64,000 nucleotides of DNA, taken from Candidatus Latescibacterota bacterium. Its GTDB lineage: Bacteria; Latescibacterota; UBA2968. The notes beneath the pieces were generated by a model that was given only the letters and a program-made list of their open reading frames with translations, had not been told where the DNA came from and searched no databases. Where the stretch lies: assembly GCA_038279365.1 (NCBI GenBank), contig JAYODI010000001.1, forward strand, positions 32,001-96,000, in the 5' to 3' direction. This document shows positions 38,546 through 48,642 of the stretch, piece by piece. A program made the position numbers and the translations under genes. Each line of letters starts with the position of its first letter. Position 1 is the first letter of the stretch.

Positions 38546-39649
38546 ATGGCATCACCCGTAAAAGTAGGTATTATTGGTTGTGGCACGATTAGTGGCGCAT
38601 ATTTTAAAGGCTGTGCGCCTTATGATATTATTGAGATTAAATCGTGTGCCGATTTGGATATGAACCGGGCCAAAGAAAAAGCTGAAGAGTATGGCGTAGA
38701 AGCGTGTTCAATAGATGATCTATTGGCTGATCCAGAAATTCAAATTGTTGTGAATTTGACTGTTCCCAAAGCCCACGCAGAAGTCAATTTGGCGGGCATT
38801 GCCGCTGGTAAGAGTGTGCATTGTGAAAAACCTTTGGCGGTTAATCGCGCCGATGGCAAAAAGACGCTTGAGGCGGCTTCTGCAAAAGGTGTTTTGGTAG
38901 GGTGTGCCCCAGATACATTTTTGGGTGGTGGGATTCAAACCTGTCGTAAGTTAATAGATGATGGGTGGATTGGCGAACCCGTGGCCGCAACGGCTTTTAT
39001 GGCTGGGCACGGGCATGAATCTTGGCACCCTGCACCCGATTTTTATTATGAAATTGGTGGGGGCCCTATGTTTGATATGGGACCGTATTATCTGACTGCC
39101 TTGGTTAACTTGATGGGCCCCGTAAAACGTGTGACAGGGTCTACGCGCATTACATTTCCGGAGCGCACGATCACGAATAAGACACCACGCTACGGTGAAA
39201 AAATACCTGTTGAAACCCCAACGCATTTGACGGGTGTGATGGATTTTGCCAATGGTGCTGTGGCCACTTTGATTATGAGTTTTGATATGTGGGCGCATCA
39301 TTTGCCACGCATCGAAATTTATGGTTCAGAAGGGTCGTTGAGTGTGCCCGATCCCAATACGTTTCGTGGGCCGGTGCTGGTGCGACGTGCTGGCGCTGAT
39401 GAATGGCGTGAAATCCCTTTGACACACAGCGATACCGTAAGCCGAGGCATTGGTGTGGCCGATATGGCATATGCGCTTGTGCACGGCCGCAAACATCGCG
39501 TCAACGGTGATTTGGCTTATCATGTTTTGGATTTGATGGCTGCATTTGAAGATGCTTCCAATAACAATGCCCATGTTCAAATTGAAAGTACGTGTGAGCG
39601 CCCTGCGATGTTGCCTGTGGGGCTGTTGCCTGGAAAATTGGATGAATGA
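38546..39649 (+). CDS. Gfo/Idh/MocA family oxidoreductase
   Basis: [41 protein letters not shown]. Confidence 0.93.
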   Translation: MASPVKVGIIGCGTISGAYFKGCAPYDIIEIKSCADLDMNRAKEKAEEYGVEACSIDDLLADPEIQIVVNLTVPKAHAEVNLAGIAAGKSVHCEKPLAVNRADGKKTLEAASAKGVLVGCAPDTFLGGGIQTCRKLIDDGWIGEPVAATAFMAGHGHESWHPAPDFYYEIGGGPMFDMGPYYLTALVNLMGPVKRVTGSTRITFPERTITNKTPRYGEKIPVETPTHLTGVMDFANGAVATLIMSFDMWAHHLPRIEIYGSEGSLSVPDPNTFRGPVLVRRAGADEWREIPLTHSDTVSRGIGVADMAYALVHGRKHRVNGDLAYHVLDLMAAFEDASNNNAHVQIESTCERPAMLPVGLLPGKLDE

Positions 39650-42068
39650 AAAATTGCAAATGAGAAATGCAAAGATGAATGGGTGTGTATTTTCTAAGTT
39701 TGCATTTCTCATTTTATATTTGTTATTGGGTGTGGCCAATGGAGCAGATCGACCAAATGTGTTGTTGCTTACAGTAGACACTTTTCGACCTGATCGATTA
39801 AGTGGGCAAGGTAATGCACGCAAAACAAGCCCTTATTTGGATCAGTTGGGGCAAGATGGCGTGGTGTTTGAACAAGCGATGTCCTCTACATCATGGACAA
39901 CACCTGGTTTGTTGTCGGTACTCACGGGTTTGTATGCGCCGACACATGCTGTTGATGTACGAGGCAAGAGTTTGCGTTCTGGCACAGAAACGATGGCAAC
40001 ACTGCTGGCCAAAGTGGGCTATGCGGTGCCCGATATTTTGTATTTGTCATCCATTCCCAATTTTCAAAACTTAGGGTTAACAAATTCATTTGTTGAGCGA
40101 GATCAGTATTTGCCCAATGGTGATGAGGTGCTGTTTCGTGCGTTAGAGACGTATCGAGACAGCACATTTTTTTTGTACTACCATTATCGCAACTTGCATT
40201 TGCCTTATAAACCTTCGGAAGCGTATGAAAGGTTGTATACACCCGAAGGTTTCGATCGTTCGGCCTTTGTGCGTGACAAGGTAGAAACGGTTCAAAGCAA
40301 TGTGACTATTCCGCAAGGGAGCGTGCGGTTTGATGAAAAGGATCGCGAATGGATTTTGGGTTTGTATGATGGCCAAATTCGCGAGATGGATGAAACCTTG
40401 TTTAAACCTTTGGTTGCAAAGCTAAAAGAATTGGGCTTATACGAAAATACGTTGGTGATAGTGACGGCAGATCATGGGGAAGAGTTGTTAGAGCATGGGT
40501 TTATTGGACATCCATCCACGTCGTTTAAAGGATCGGCGTATGATGAGTTGTTGCATATTCCATTAATGATGAGTTATCCCAATGGGTTGCCACAAAATAT
40601 GCGTATTGGGCAACAGGTTCAAAATGTGGATATTTTGCCCACCGTATTGGATCTGCTCAAATTACCGATACCGCCCACGCTTCAAGGGCGGTCGCTGATG
40701 CCATTGATATTGGGAACATCGGATGTAGAATTGCCGGCATTTACAGAAACCACACCTGGTGGGTACCAAGCAACGCCTGAAATGATGAAGACCCGTATTC
40801 GGGCCATGCGTACATCTTTGTGGAAATTGATTCACACCCATGGGCCGGGTATCGACACGTATGAATTGTATGATTTAAAAAACGATCCTAAAGAATATGA
40901 CAATGTGATTGATCAACATCCTGAAGTCGCCGAGAAGATGCGTGTGGCATTGCATCAATGGGTGTTGGCAACGCAGCCCACCATTTTGACAGCACCTGCT
41001 TCAGGGGGTGTTGTGCCAACTGAGCCCATCTCTGTTTTGTTCCCTGCACAAGGAGACACATTTCGATATGAAGATGTGGGCAAGACGGTATCGGTGCGTT
41101 GGACGGGGCCGCAAGATGGTTTGTATTCGTTAGAATATCGAGTTGGCGAAGGCAGTTATTATTTGGAAGGGGCTATGCAGATTGTGGGGAATGCACCTCA
41201 ATATGGCCCTTTTACAGATGAAATGTGGAATATGTTGGCATTGTATAATCCGTGGTCATTTCGCATTACGGTTGATGGAAAACCTGAGTTGAGTAGCTCT
41301 TGGGTGCAATTTACAATTGTGCCCACTCAAGATGCTGCCCCACCCAGTGTGTGGACGATGGCCTTGGTGTCGTTGCTTTTTTGGTGGGGTGAGTTGGGTT
41401 TGCTTTTCAAAGGGCTTGGGCTTGGTGTTTTGGATTTTGTGCGTTTGGCTGGCGGTATTCCGTTGGTAGACATCGTATCTGGGGCCTTGTTTTTAGCGCT
41501 TATTTGTGGGATTTGTCAACCCTTGTATGTGCGAATGGGAGAGGCTCGCGCCAAGGCGTGGGTGTTGGTGATTGTATATACTTTGTTTATTTATTCAACA
41601 TTGTCTGTGATGCCAAGTATTTGGCGCACCCTTTGGGGGCATACACAGGGCCGTATTGATTTGGTGGGTGGTTTGGTCACTGTTTTGGCCTTGGTGTTTT
41701 TTCTGGGACTCATTTTTATTAAAAAATTGCGGTGGCCAGCCCTGGTTGGGTTGTTTGTGTTGGGGGCCGTTTACGGTTGGCTGTTGTTGCTGTTGGGGAC
41801 ATCACCTGCCGAGCGATTGCATTTGGCCGAATATGGCTTGTTGGGCTATTTTGCTTATCGGGCTTTGGTTTTGGATTTTTCACCGTCCAAAGCACTGCTT
41901 TTGGCTTGGGGGGTGGCCATTGTTTTGGGGACGGGGGATGAGAGTTTGCAATGGATTTTGCCAATGCGTGTTTTTGAATGGAAAGATATCGGTCTTAATG
42001 CGTTATCGAGCGGTTTGGGGTTGTTGATCGTTGCGCTCTTTCAATTTGGCTCGTCTAAACAAGACTAA
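39642..42068 (+). CDS. sulfatase-like hydrolase/transferase fused to a multi-TM region with C-terminal VanZ-like domain
   Basis: [49 protein letters not shown]...DESLQ..LPMR....DIGLN; start likely ATG 39642. Confidence 0.85.
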   Translation: MNEKLQMRNAKMNGCVFSKFAFLILYLLLGVANGADRPNVLLLTVDTFRPDRLSGQGNARKTSPYLDQLGQDGVVFEQAMSSTSWTTPGLLSVLTGLYAPTHAVDVRGKSLRSGTETMATLLAKVGYAVPDILYLSSIPNFQNLGLTNSFVERDQYLPNGDEVLFRALETYRDSTFFLYYHYRNLHLPYKPSEAYERLYTPEGFDRSAFVRDKVETVQSNVTIPQGSVRFDEKDREWILGLYDGQIREMDETLFKPLVAKLKELGLYENTLVIVTADHGEELLEHGFIGHPSTSFKGSAYDELLHIPLMMSYPNGLPQNMRIGQQVQNVDILPTVLDLLKLPIPPTLQGRSLMPLILGTSDVELPAFTETTPGGYQATPEMMKTRIRAMRTSLWKLIHTHGPGIDTYELYDLKNDPKEYDNVIDQHPEVAEKMRVALHQWVLATQPTILTAPASGGVVPTEPISVLFPAQGDTFRYEDVGKTVSVRWTGPQDGLYSLEYRVGEGSYYLEGAMQIVGNAPQYGPFTDEMWNMLALYNPWSFRITVDGKPELSSSWVQFTIVPTQDAAPPSVWTMALVSLLFWWGELGLLFKGLGLGVLDFVRLAGGIPLVDIVSGALFLALICGICQPLYVRMGEARAKAWVLVIVYTLFIYSTLSVMPSIWRTLWGHTQGRIDLVGGLVTVLALVFFLGLIFIKKLRWPALVGLFVLGAVYGWLLLLLGTSPAERLHLAEYGLLGYFAYRALVLDFSPSKALLLAWGVAIVLGTGDESLQWILPMRVFEWKDIGLNALSSGLGLLIVALFQFGSSKQD
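39646..39726. repeat. heptamer-periodic inverted repeat overlapping the sulfatase 5' end
   Basis: perfect 16-bp IR AAATGAGAAATGCAAA (39658-39673) / TTTGCATTTCTCATTT (39699-39714) within 4+4 heptamers. Confidence 0.8.
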
Positions 42069-42112
42069 ATCGTTTGGCATTTTATGTCGTTGTGTCATTT
42101 TGAGGTACGATC

Positions 42113-43855
42113 ATGTTTGCGAGCTTTTATCGGGTGCTGATGGTTTTTGTATTGGCAATGGTTGTTGGGGGACTCCCTGCCTTGGTTGTTGCACAGGTTC
42201 CCCAAGAAAGTGTGCCAGATTCTGTTTTAGATACGGCATTGTGGTCTATTGGGCTGACGCAGGCAGATTTGTCGATTCGGGGGGATACATTAGGAGACCC
42301 AGATCGGTTTGGCGTGACGAAAAATATTCTCGAAACACCCGCAATGGCAACAGATCTGTTGCCAAAATTTGGTATTGTTACTGGCAAACATGTGTTGCAA
42401 GATGCATTGCAATTGTATGGGGAGACTTCATCTGCGTGGCCTGTTCTTTCAGATCATAAAAACGCCAATGGTTTAGATACATTGATTCAGGCACTCATTG
42501 TTTGTCAAAAAAGGTTGGATGAGGTCTATGAACATTTTTCAAAAACAGAGTTAGATGCGTTTTTATCTTTAATTTTGTTGGCAGACCCGAAGGTGTCGGT
42601 TTCTGAAATGCAGGCAGATACTTTGATGGCCTTGGGGCGTCGTGTCAATTGCAAAGCCTTGTTGGTTTCTGTGATTGCTTTAATGGATGTTATTGACGCA
42701 TTTGTCGCGTTGCCACCCAAATTGGAATCGGGCGTTTTTGATACGCCTGTTGGACGGGTGATTGTTGGCACGGATTCTTCAGATGTATATACCGAATCGG
42801 CTGTTTTAATTGTCGATTTGGGTGGTAATGATCGGTATACACATTTATCAAAACCTGGATGTTTGTCTGTTGTGATTGATTTGGGTGGTGATGATTTGCA
42901 TGAGGGGATGTCGGGCAGTGGTATTGCGGGTGTTCAGGTGGTGGTAGATGTTTGGGGGCAAGATCGTTACCAAAGTGATGGGGTTGGGCAAGGGGTGGGC
43001 ATTGGTGGGGTGGGCGTTTTGGTTGATTTGGCAGGTGATGATGTGTATCAGGCCGATGTGGGAGGGCAAGGTTTTGGTTTTTATGGTGTCGGTGTCTTGT
43101 GTGATCGGGCTGGGGCAGACCAATATGAGGGGGCGTTGTTGGTGCAAGGTGTTGGTGCACCTGGTGGGATAGGCATCTTGGCAGATCAATCTGGAGATGA
43201 TATTTATCAGGCTGGCGGAAAATATAGAGATTTTCGAGAAGATGGTCAGTTTTATCAAAGTATGGCACAAGGTTTTGGATATGGTATTCGGCCATTGGCA
43301 TCGGGTGGGGTAGGTGTTTTGATAGATCAGATGGGTGATGATCGTTATGAGGTCGGGTATTTTGGACAAGGTTGTGGGTTTTGGGGCAGTGTGGGCATCG
43401 TCTTAGATGGCAATGGCAATGATCAATATGTCGCACGACGTTATGCCCAAGGGTGTGGTGTGCATTTGGCTGTGGGGTTGTTGGTCGATGAAATGGGTAA
43501 TGATGTGTATGCGTTGTGGGGTGTCGGGCAAGGGTGTGGACACGATTTGGCATTGGGGCGCTTGGTGGATGCTGCTGGGGCGGATCACTATCGTGCAACT
43601 TGGTTGGCGCAAGGGGTGGGCAGTGCAAATGGGGTGGGGTGGTTAGATGATGGTGCAGGAGATGATGTTTATTGGACCGAGCGTGATGACACACAAGGAT
43701 TTGGTATGCAGGCGCGTGATTATGGCAGCATTGGTATATTGATTGATCGGGCAGGTCTGGATCAATATCGTGAAAGCCGTGAGGATGGTTTTGTGCGTTC
43801 TGTGGGTGATTATGGGGTGCGTGTCGATTGGCCTTTGTTTTGGCGGTATAAATGA
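42113..43855 (+). CDS. secreted protein with about 12 DxxGxDxY / GQGxG repeats
   Basis: signal peptide; repeats DLGGNDRY, DVWGQDRY, DLAGDDVY, DRAGADQY, DQSGDDIY etc., many about 26 aa apart. Confidence 0.85.
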   Translation: MFASFYRVLMVFVLAMVVGGLPALVVAQVPQESVPDSVLDTALWSIGLTQADLSIRGDTLGDPDRFGVTKNILETPAMATDLLPKFGIVTGKHVLQDALQLYGETSSAWPVLSDHKNANGLDTLIQALIVCQKRLDEVYEHFSKTELDAFLSLILLADPKVSVSEMQADTLMALGRRVNCKALLVSVIALMDVIDAFVALPPKLESGVFDTPVGRVIVGTDSSDVYTESAVLIVDLGGNDRYTHLSKPGCLSVVIDLGGDDLHEGMSGSGIAGVQVVVDVWGQDRYQSDGVGQGVGIGGVGVLVDLAGDDVYQADVGGQGFGFYGVGVLCDRAGADQYEGALLVQGVGAPGGIGILADQSGDDIYQAGGKYRDFREDGQFYQSMAQGFGYGIRPLASGGVGVLIDQMGDDRYEVGYFGQGCGFWGSVGIVLDGNGNDQYVARRYAQGCGVHLAVGLLVDEMGNDVYALWGVGQGCGHDLALGRLVDAAGADHYRATWLAQGVGSANGVGWLDDGAGDDVYWTERDDTQGFGMQARDYGSIGILIDRAGLDQYRESREDGFVRSVGDYGVRVDWPLFWRYK

Positions 43856-44682
43856 TGGGGCTGTGGATGGCTACAATGGGTGTGTGGTTGGGGATGCTGG
43901 GTGGCCCAGATTCACCAGTCCGAGAATCTGCTATAGATTCGTTGGTGATTTCGGGGCAAGTGGACGCTGTAACTCAGGCATTGTATGAACAAAATTGGCG
44001 TACACGAGAAGGACTCATTGCTGTTTTGGAACGATTGGGTGCGGTAGATGCGCTTGCAAGAATTGCCACACAACATTCCAAAACAGATGCGCAGCGTTTG
44101 GCGATTCGCAGTATGGGAAAAATTGGTCAGGCTGATGCGCAGATGCCACTTCGCAATTTATTGACTTCGGAACATCGCGATTTGGCCGTTGAGGCTTTGG
44201 GGAGGGTGGGCGATCAGACAGACATTGTGCGGGTGCGCTATCTTTTGCAGGACGCACGCGCAGATGTGCGTCGGCGGGCAGCATTGGCGTTGGTGCAATT
44301 GGCTGGCAACCAAGCCATAGATGATTTGGTTTTTTTGTTGGGAGATCCTCATCACAGTGTGCGTTTTGCTGTGTTTACTTCCTTGCTGGGATTTGGTCTT
44401 CCATCGGCCGATGCGATTTTGCCCGTGTATGATGGCTTGCCTGTGGTGGGCAAACAGCTTGCTTTGCGTTTGTTTGGGCAGTTGCGTTATTCATTGGCAC
44501 AAGCCATATTTGAAGATGTATTGGGCAAAGAGACATTTTGGCCCTTACAAGTGGCGGGTATTCGCGCATTGGCAGAGGGGAAAGATGCAAAATGGATACC
44601 TATTTTGAAAAAGGCGCAAAAAGAAGTATCTTCTTCAATTGCGAAAATGGCGATACAAGACGCAATTGAACAATTACAATAA
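43852..44682 (+). CDS. HEAT repeat protein
   Basis: VRESAIDSL, VRRRAALAL, LGDPHHSVRFA repeats; ATGA overlap with the upstream gene. Confidence 0.85.
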   Translation: MMGLWMATMGVWLGMLGGPDSPVRESAIDSLVISGQVDAVTQALYEQNWRTREGLIAVLERLGAVDALARIATQHSKTDAQRLAIRSMGKIGQADAQMPLRNLLTSEHRDLAVEALGRVGDQTDIVRVRYLLQDARADVRRRAALALVQLAGNQAIDDLVFLLGDPHHSVRFAVFTSLLGFGLPSADAILPVYDGLPVVGKQLALRLFGQLRYSLAQAIFEDVLGKETFWPLQVAGIRALAEGKDAKWIPILKKAQKEVSSSIAKMAIQDAIEQLQ

Positions 44683-44704
44683 TTTAAGAGGGTTTTGGGC
44701 TGTG

Positions 44705-47029
44705 ATGGTGCTGCAATATATAACAGGAGAAAAATTAAGGCGGGTGATATTTTGGGGGCTCCAAGCGCTCATTGTGTTGGTACCGCTTGTTTTTTCTTCT
44801 GTATTTAATGAATATGGCACGCCCAAGATGGTGTTGGTACAGGTGGTGGCTATTTCGTTGGGGATGTGTTGGTTGGCCAGCATGGTGCTCGATGGTGAAG
44901 TGGCTTTGATTGATACGCCACTGAATTATACCTTTATGGCCTTTTTAGCAGTGCAATTTGTGTCGTTGTTTTTGGCTTATAATATGTACGAAGGTATGAG
45001 TACGTTGTTTGGGTATATCAGTTTTTTTCTAATAGCGAGCCTTATTTTTTATGTGATTAAAGCAATGGAAGAGATGCATCGCTTGTGTCTTTTGATGGTG
45101 GCAACGGGATGTGTTGTGGCTGTGATTGGTTTGTTACAGCACAATGGCATTTATCATTTTGGAGCCCCTTGGAATTTACCTATTTCAACGATTGGTAATG
45201 TGAACTTTACTGCGCAGTATTATAATGTCATTTTTCCCATTGCATTGGTACTGCTTTTTATGACACACCAATTTTGGATTCAAGTGGGTATCGGCACGGC
45301 AGTTTTTTTAATGGCGTGTCATTTGGTGGTGTTGGGGAGTCGTGGGGGGTGGTTAGGCGCAATGGTTGCTCTGATGACATTGGGCGTGGCAACCCTTATG
45401 AGGCATTATAAGATTGGTCGGCGTTTGCTCGATGCCCTGGTGGTGGGGGGGGTGATTGTTGGTTTGGGGTGGCCTGTTTTGATGGGGATGCTGTCGGGCA
45501 TTCAGGTGGGTGAAGGGCGAAATTTGGGTCAATTGCTTGACGCTTATCAAACACGTGTTGTGAATCGGGTAGAGAATGCGATCTTGTTGAAAGATGATTC
45601 AACTTTACAACGGGTAAGGCTTTGGGAAGATACGGCACGTTTGATTTGGGACAAACCCCTTTTGGGGGTGGGATTGGGAAACTTTGCATTTAATGTTCCT
45701 AAGTATATGAGCAAAGAGAGTTTGCTGGTCAAACAGCGCCGGGAGCAGCAAACAGGGCAAGATCTTATGGCGTTTAGTGCCCACAATGAATATTTAGAGA
45801 TTTGGGCAGAGACTGGTATTTTAGGCATGGCTGTATTTGGCGTACTTTTATATCAGCTTTTGATGGCTGTTTATCAGTTGGTGAAGCAATATATACGAGG
45901 GGAAGCACCTTTGTTGGTGGTTGGGCTTGTGGCTGCTGTATTGGCCACGCTGACCCACTCTTTTTTTAGTACCAATCTTCAACAGCCTGTGTCGGCCACT
46001 CATTTTTGGATGGTGGTGGGGATGGTTTGGTCTTTAAAACTCAATGCAGAGGGGCGTTATTCGGTTGCTTTGTTAGAAACGCATGCCCGTAAGTTTGCAC
46101 AAGTTTTATTGGTGTTGAGCGGTGTGATACTCGTGGTGGTAATTGTGATGGGGGCACGCAATTTGATGGGTGAGTATTACTATCAGCGCGGAAATTTGTT
46201 TTTCAAAAAAAAGGATTATGTTGAAGCGGAAAAAAGGTGGTATCGTGCAACACAGTTTGAGCCAACCAAATATTTTCAAACGCTCCAAGCATTGGGTACT
46301 GCGCGCTATAATTTAGAGCATTGGTCTGAGGCGATTCCTGTGTTTCAAGCCAGTTTGCGTTATTTTCCAAATAATGCACAGGTGCTCTATTTGTTGGGGC
46401 GATCTTTGGTCAAAACGAATCACGTTAAGGAAGCTTTGCCGCATTTGCAATCTGCTATAAAATTAAATCCTTTTGTTGCTTCTTATCATATTGGATTGGG
46501 TGAAGTTTTGTACAAAACAGGTGCAACTGATATGGCTATTGCAACACTGGAAGAAGCTTTGCGTTTGGACAATCGTAAATTTGAGGCGCATCAATTGTTG
46601 GGAGCCTGTTTCAAACAACAGGGCGATTTAATTGCTTCTGTGGCATCTTATAAACAGGCATTGGCTTTGGCACCTACAAATACAGAAATTTTGAATAGTT
46701 TGGCTGTTGTTTATTCAACACAAGGCAATTTTGAAGCTGCGCAGGAAGTTTTGTTACGATTGGTGAATGAGGTTCCTACAAACTTAGATTATCGATTGAA
46801 TTTGGGTGTGGTGCAAACACAATTGGAAGATTACTTTGCCGCCATGCATACATTGCAGGCAATTTTGGAGGCGGAACCCAATTATATTCGTGCCTATGTG
46901 GTTTTGGGACAGGTGTATGAAGTGCAAGATCGTTTGGAAGATGCAAAGCGCATTTATGAAGTTGCTTTGAAGCGGTGGCCCAATGAAGTTGTTTTTCAAA
47001 ATGCTTTGAATGAGCTGGTATCAAAGTGA
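44705..47029 (+). CDS. O-antigen ligase (Wzy_C) family membrane protein with C-terminal TPRs
   Basis: STIGNVN, SRGGW, R...W, GVGLGNF, AHNEYLEIWAETGILG; TPR array; start likely ATG 44705. Confidence 0.9.
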   Translation: MVLQYITGEKLRRVIFWGLQALIVLVPLVFSSVFNEYGTPKMVLVQVVAISLGMCWLASMVLDGEVALIDTPLNYTFMAFLAVQFVSLFLAYNMYEGMSTLFGYISFFLIASLIFYVIKAMEEMHRLCLLMVATGCVVAVIGLLQHNGIYHFGAPWNLPISTIGNVNFTAQYYNVIFPIALVLLFMTHQFWIQVGIGTAVFLMACHLVVLGSRGGWLGAMVALMTLGVATLMRHYKIGRRLLDALVVGGVIVGLGWPVLMGMLSGIQVGEGRNLGQLLDAYQTRVVNRVENAILLKDDSTLQRVRLWEDTARLIWDKPLLGVGLGNFAFNVPKYMSKESLLVKQRREQQTGQDLMAFSAHNEYLEIWAETGILGMAVFGVLLYQLLMAVYQLVKQYIRGEAPLLVVGLVAAVLATLTHSFFSTNLQQPVSATHFWMVVGMVWSLKLNAEGRYSVALLETHARKFAQVLLVLSGVILVVVIVMGARNLMGEYYYQRGNLFFKKKDYVEAEKRWYRATQFEPTKYFQTLQALGTARYNLEHWSEAIPVFQASLRYFPNNAQVLYLLGRSLVKTNHVKEALPHLQSAIKLNPFVASYHIGLGEVLYKTGATDMAIATLEEALRLDNRKFEAHQLLGACFKQQGDLIASVASYKQALALAPTNTEILNSLAVVYSTQGNFEAAQEVLLRLVNEVPTNLDYRLNLGVVQTQLEDYFAAMHTLQAILEAEPNYIRAYVVLGQVYEVQDRLEDAKRIYEVALKRWPNEVVFQNALNELVSK

Positions 47030-47239
47030 TTGCGTGATGCTGTGGTAGATATACTCTTTCAGATAGGTTTGCGTTTGAGGCTGAAGCGATGGATCATCAA
47101 CAACAACGATTGGCACAAACCATTCAAACGTTTGGCAAAGTCCAATACCCAAAATGAACAGCATTTGAAAACCATCATGCACATGCATGATTTGATGGAG
47201 CAAAGAGGAACCACAGAAGAGGAAGAAGAAAATAAGTAG
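47030..47239 (+). CDS. small hypothetical protein
   Basis: 69-aa ORF directly after the ligase stop and before a terminator; no motif. Confidence 0.4.
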   Translation: MRDAVVDILFQIGLRLRLKRWIINNNDWHKPFKRLAKSNTQNEQHLKTIMHMHDLMEQRGTTEEEEENK

Positions 47240-47275
47240 ATCAGAGGTGCGTAAATAGTGGGGGGTGTGGGCAAT

Positions 47276-47310
47276 AAAAAGCCGTTCTCAAGTGAAAGAG
47301 AACGGCTTTT
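47276..47310. terminator. bidirectional intrinsic terminator
   Basis: AAAAGCCGTTCTC / GAGAACGGCTTTT stem between the operon end and the tRNA. Confidence 0.85.
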
Positions 47311-47321
47311 GTTTTTTTAAG

Positions 47322-47405
47322 TGCCGAAGGCGGGAGTCGAACCCGCACGGGCTTGCGCCCACACGGCCCTGAACCGTGCGCGTCTACCAGTTTCACCACT
47401 TCGGC
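47322..47405 (-). tRNA. tRNA-Leu(CAG), CCA not encoded
   Basis: GCCGAAG/CTTCGGC acceptor stem, anticodon arm CACGG-TTCAGGG-CCGTG, long variable arm, GGTTCGACTCC T arm. Confidence 0.97.
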
Positions 47406-47421
47406 AATCCCAAGTGGGCAG

Positions 47422-47450
47422 AATATATCATATGCGTTTTTTCTTGTCAA
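47422..47450 (-). promoter_or_regulatory. sigma70 promoter of tRNA-Leu
   Basis: TTGACA-17 nt-TATATT ending 16 nt before the tRNA. Confidence 0.8.
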
Positions 47451-47476
47451 GCATCGCGTCTTTGTGGCTGAATGGG

Positions 47477-47719
47477 TTAAACAGCACCCGTGCCCTGACA
47501 GTGTGAACAGGTGATCTGGCCTGATCCACTGCATGTGGGGCAGGGCACTTGGCATTCACCGTGACAGATATCACAGGGTTCTTGATCGGCATCATCGTCA
47601 TCTTCTTCAATGAGGCTAAAGCCCGTGCCACCACATTGTTCACAAGCTACGTGAGCTGTGTTCAAGCAGGTTTGGCAGGGTTGGGTGCCGTTTCCTTGAC
47701 AAATGGGACAAGCGGACAC
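47477..47719 (-). CDS. small DnaJ-type cysteine-rich zinc-finger protein
   Basis: six CxxC motifs, several CxxCxGxG, with a central EEDDDD tract. Confidence 0.8.
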   Translation of the reverse strand: MSACPICQGNGTQPCQTCLNTAHVACEQCGGTGFSLIEEDDDDADQEPCDICHGECQVPCPTCSGSGQITCSHCQGTGAV

Positions 47720-47755
47720 AAGAATGACCCTTATTTTATTTTGATATGTGTGGGG

Positions 47756-48109
47756 TTATGACAATGCTTTTGCGACCGCGTTTATAAGGTCTTGGTATTT
47801 GAATGGTTTCGAAATAACGGAACTTGCACCAAACTCATGGGCCAAGTCTAAGTGTTCTGCGGCATTACCCGAAATGACAATCACTGGAATATCGGGGTGA
47901 TCGGCATGGAGTTGTAGAAGTGTTTCAATGCCATCTTGGTTGGGCATAAGAATATCTGTAATGATGATGTCTGTTGGATTTTCAAGAAAACGCTGAATGC
48001 CTTCTACGCCATCTAATGCTTCTACCACATCGTGTCCTTCTCGTTCGAGCATAAAACGCATTGTTGAGCGCACTTCAAATTCGTCGTCAATGATTAAAAT
48101 TCGTGCCAT
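47756..48109 (-). CDS. single-domain response regulator
   Basis: ILIIDD, ITDILMP..DG, ISG, SKPF. Confidence 0.93.
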   Translation of the reverse strand: MARILIIDDEFEVRSTMRFMLEREGHDVVEALDGVEGIQRFLENPTDIIITDILMPNQDGIETLLQLHADHPDIPVIVISGNAAEHLDLAHEFGASSVISKPFKYQDLINAVAKALS

Positions 48110-48112
48110 TTT

Positions 48113-48520
48113 TTATTCCTCGGTTGATCGATTTTCTAAGGCACGGATGTTATGATTGGCAATGTGTATCTGCTTCACATTATTTAACAATGTGCACAAT
48201 GTTTTCACTGAAACAGGTTTTTCGAGCATGACGTCTGCGCATTCCGCTGTTGAGGGTTCTATGTCACCTGGCAGATGACCGGAAATGATTGCAATGATTG
48301 CAGATGGGCACATGGCGCGTAGGGCACTTAAAATTTCTAAACCACTGGCACCGGGCAAGTGCACGTCTAAGGTAATGAGGTCATAGGAGGTGTTCAAGAT
48401 TTGTTCAAGTGCTTCTTCGGCTGAGGGAACAATATCCACATCTTCAAGGCCTTGACTGTGAGCCGCTTCAAAAAAAAACTGTGCGGTATTGTGATCATCT
48501 TCTATAATCAAGGTTTTCAT
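48113..48520 (-). CDS. single-domain response regulator
   Basis: LIIEDD, LDVHLPGASG, ISG, EKP; start moved to ATG 48520 (GGAG RBS). Confidence 0.9.
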   Translation of the reverse strand: MKTLIIEDDHNTAQFFFEAAHSQGLEDVDIVPSAEEALEQILNTSYDLITLDVHLPGASGLEILSALRAMCPSAIIAIISGHLPGDIEPSTAECADVMLEKPVSVKTLCTLLNNVKQIHIANHNIRALENRSTEE

Positions 48521-48642
48521 AAGAACTCCAAAGTTGTGACATAGGTTTGTTCTTGTATGAAATACGGTAATAGCGAACGCAGTGGATGTCAATTAAAAAA
48601 CTTGGTTGCCAAAGTTTATGGATAATCGTCTATTGGTTGTTG

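Noticed and set aside
42690-43694. 334-aa His/Pro-rich minus-strand ORF
   Set aside because: Antisense by-product of the Gly/Val/Asp-rich repeat gene on a G+T-skewed strand
47322-47405. tRNA-Leu as an island integration site
   Set aside because: No integrase and no duplicated tRNA 3' end seen in the window
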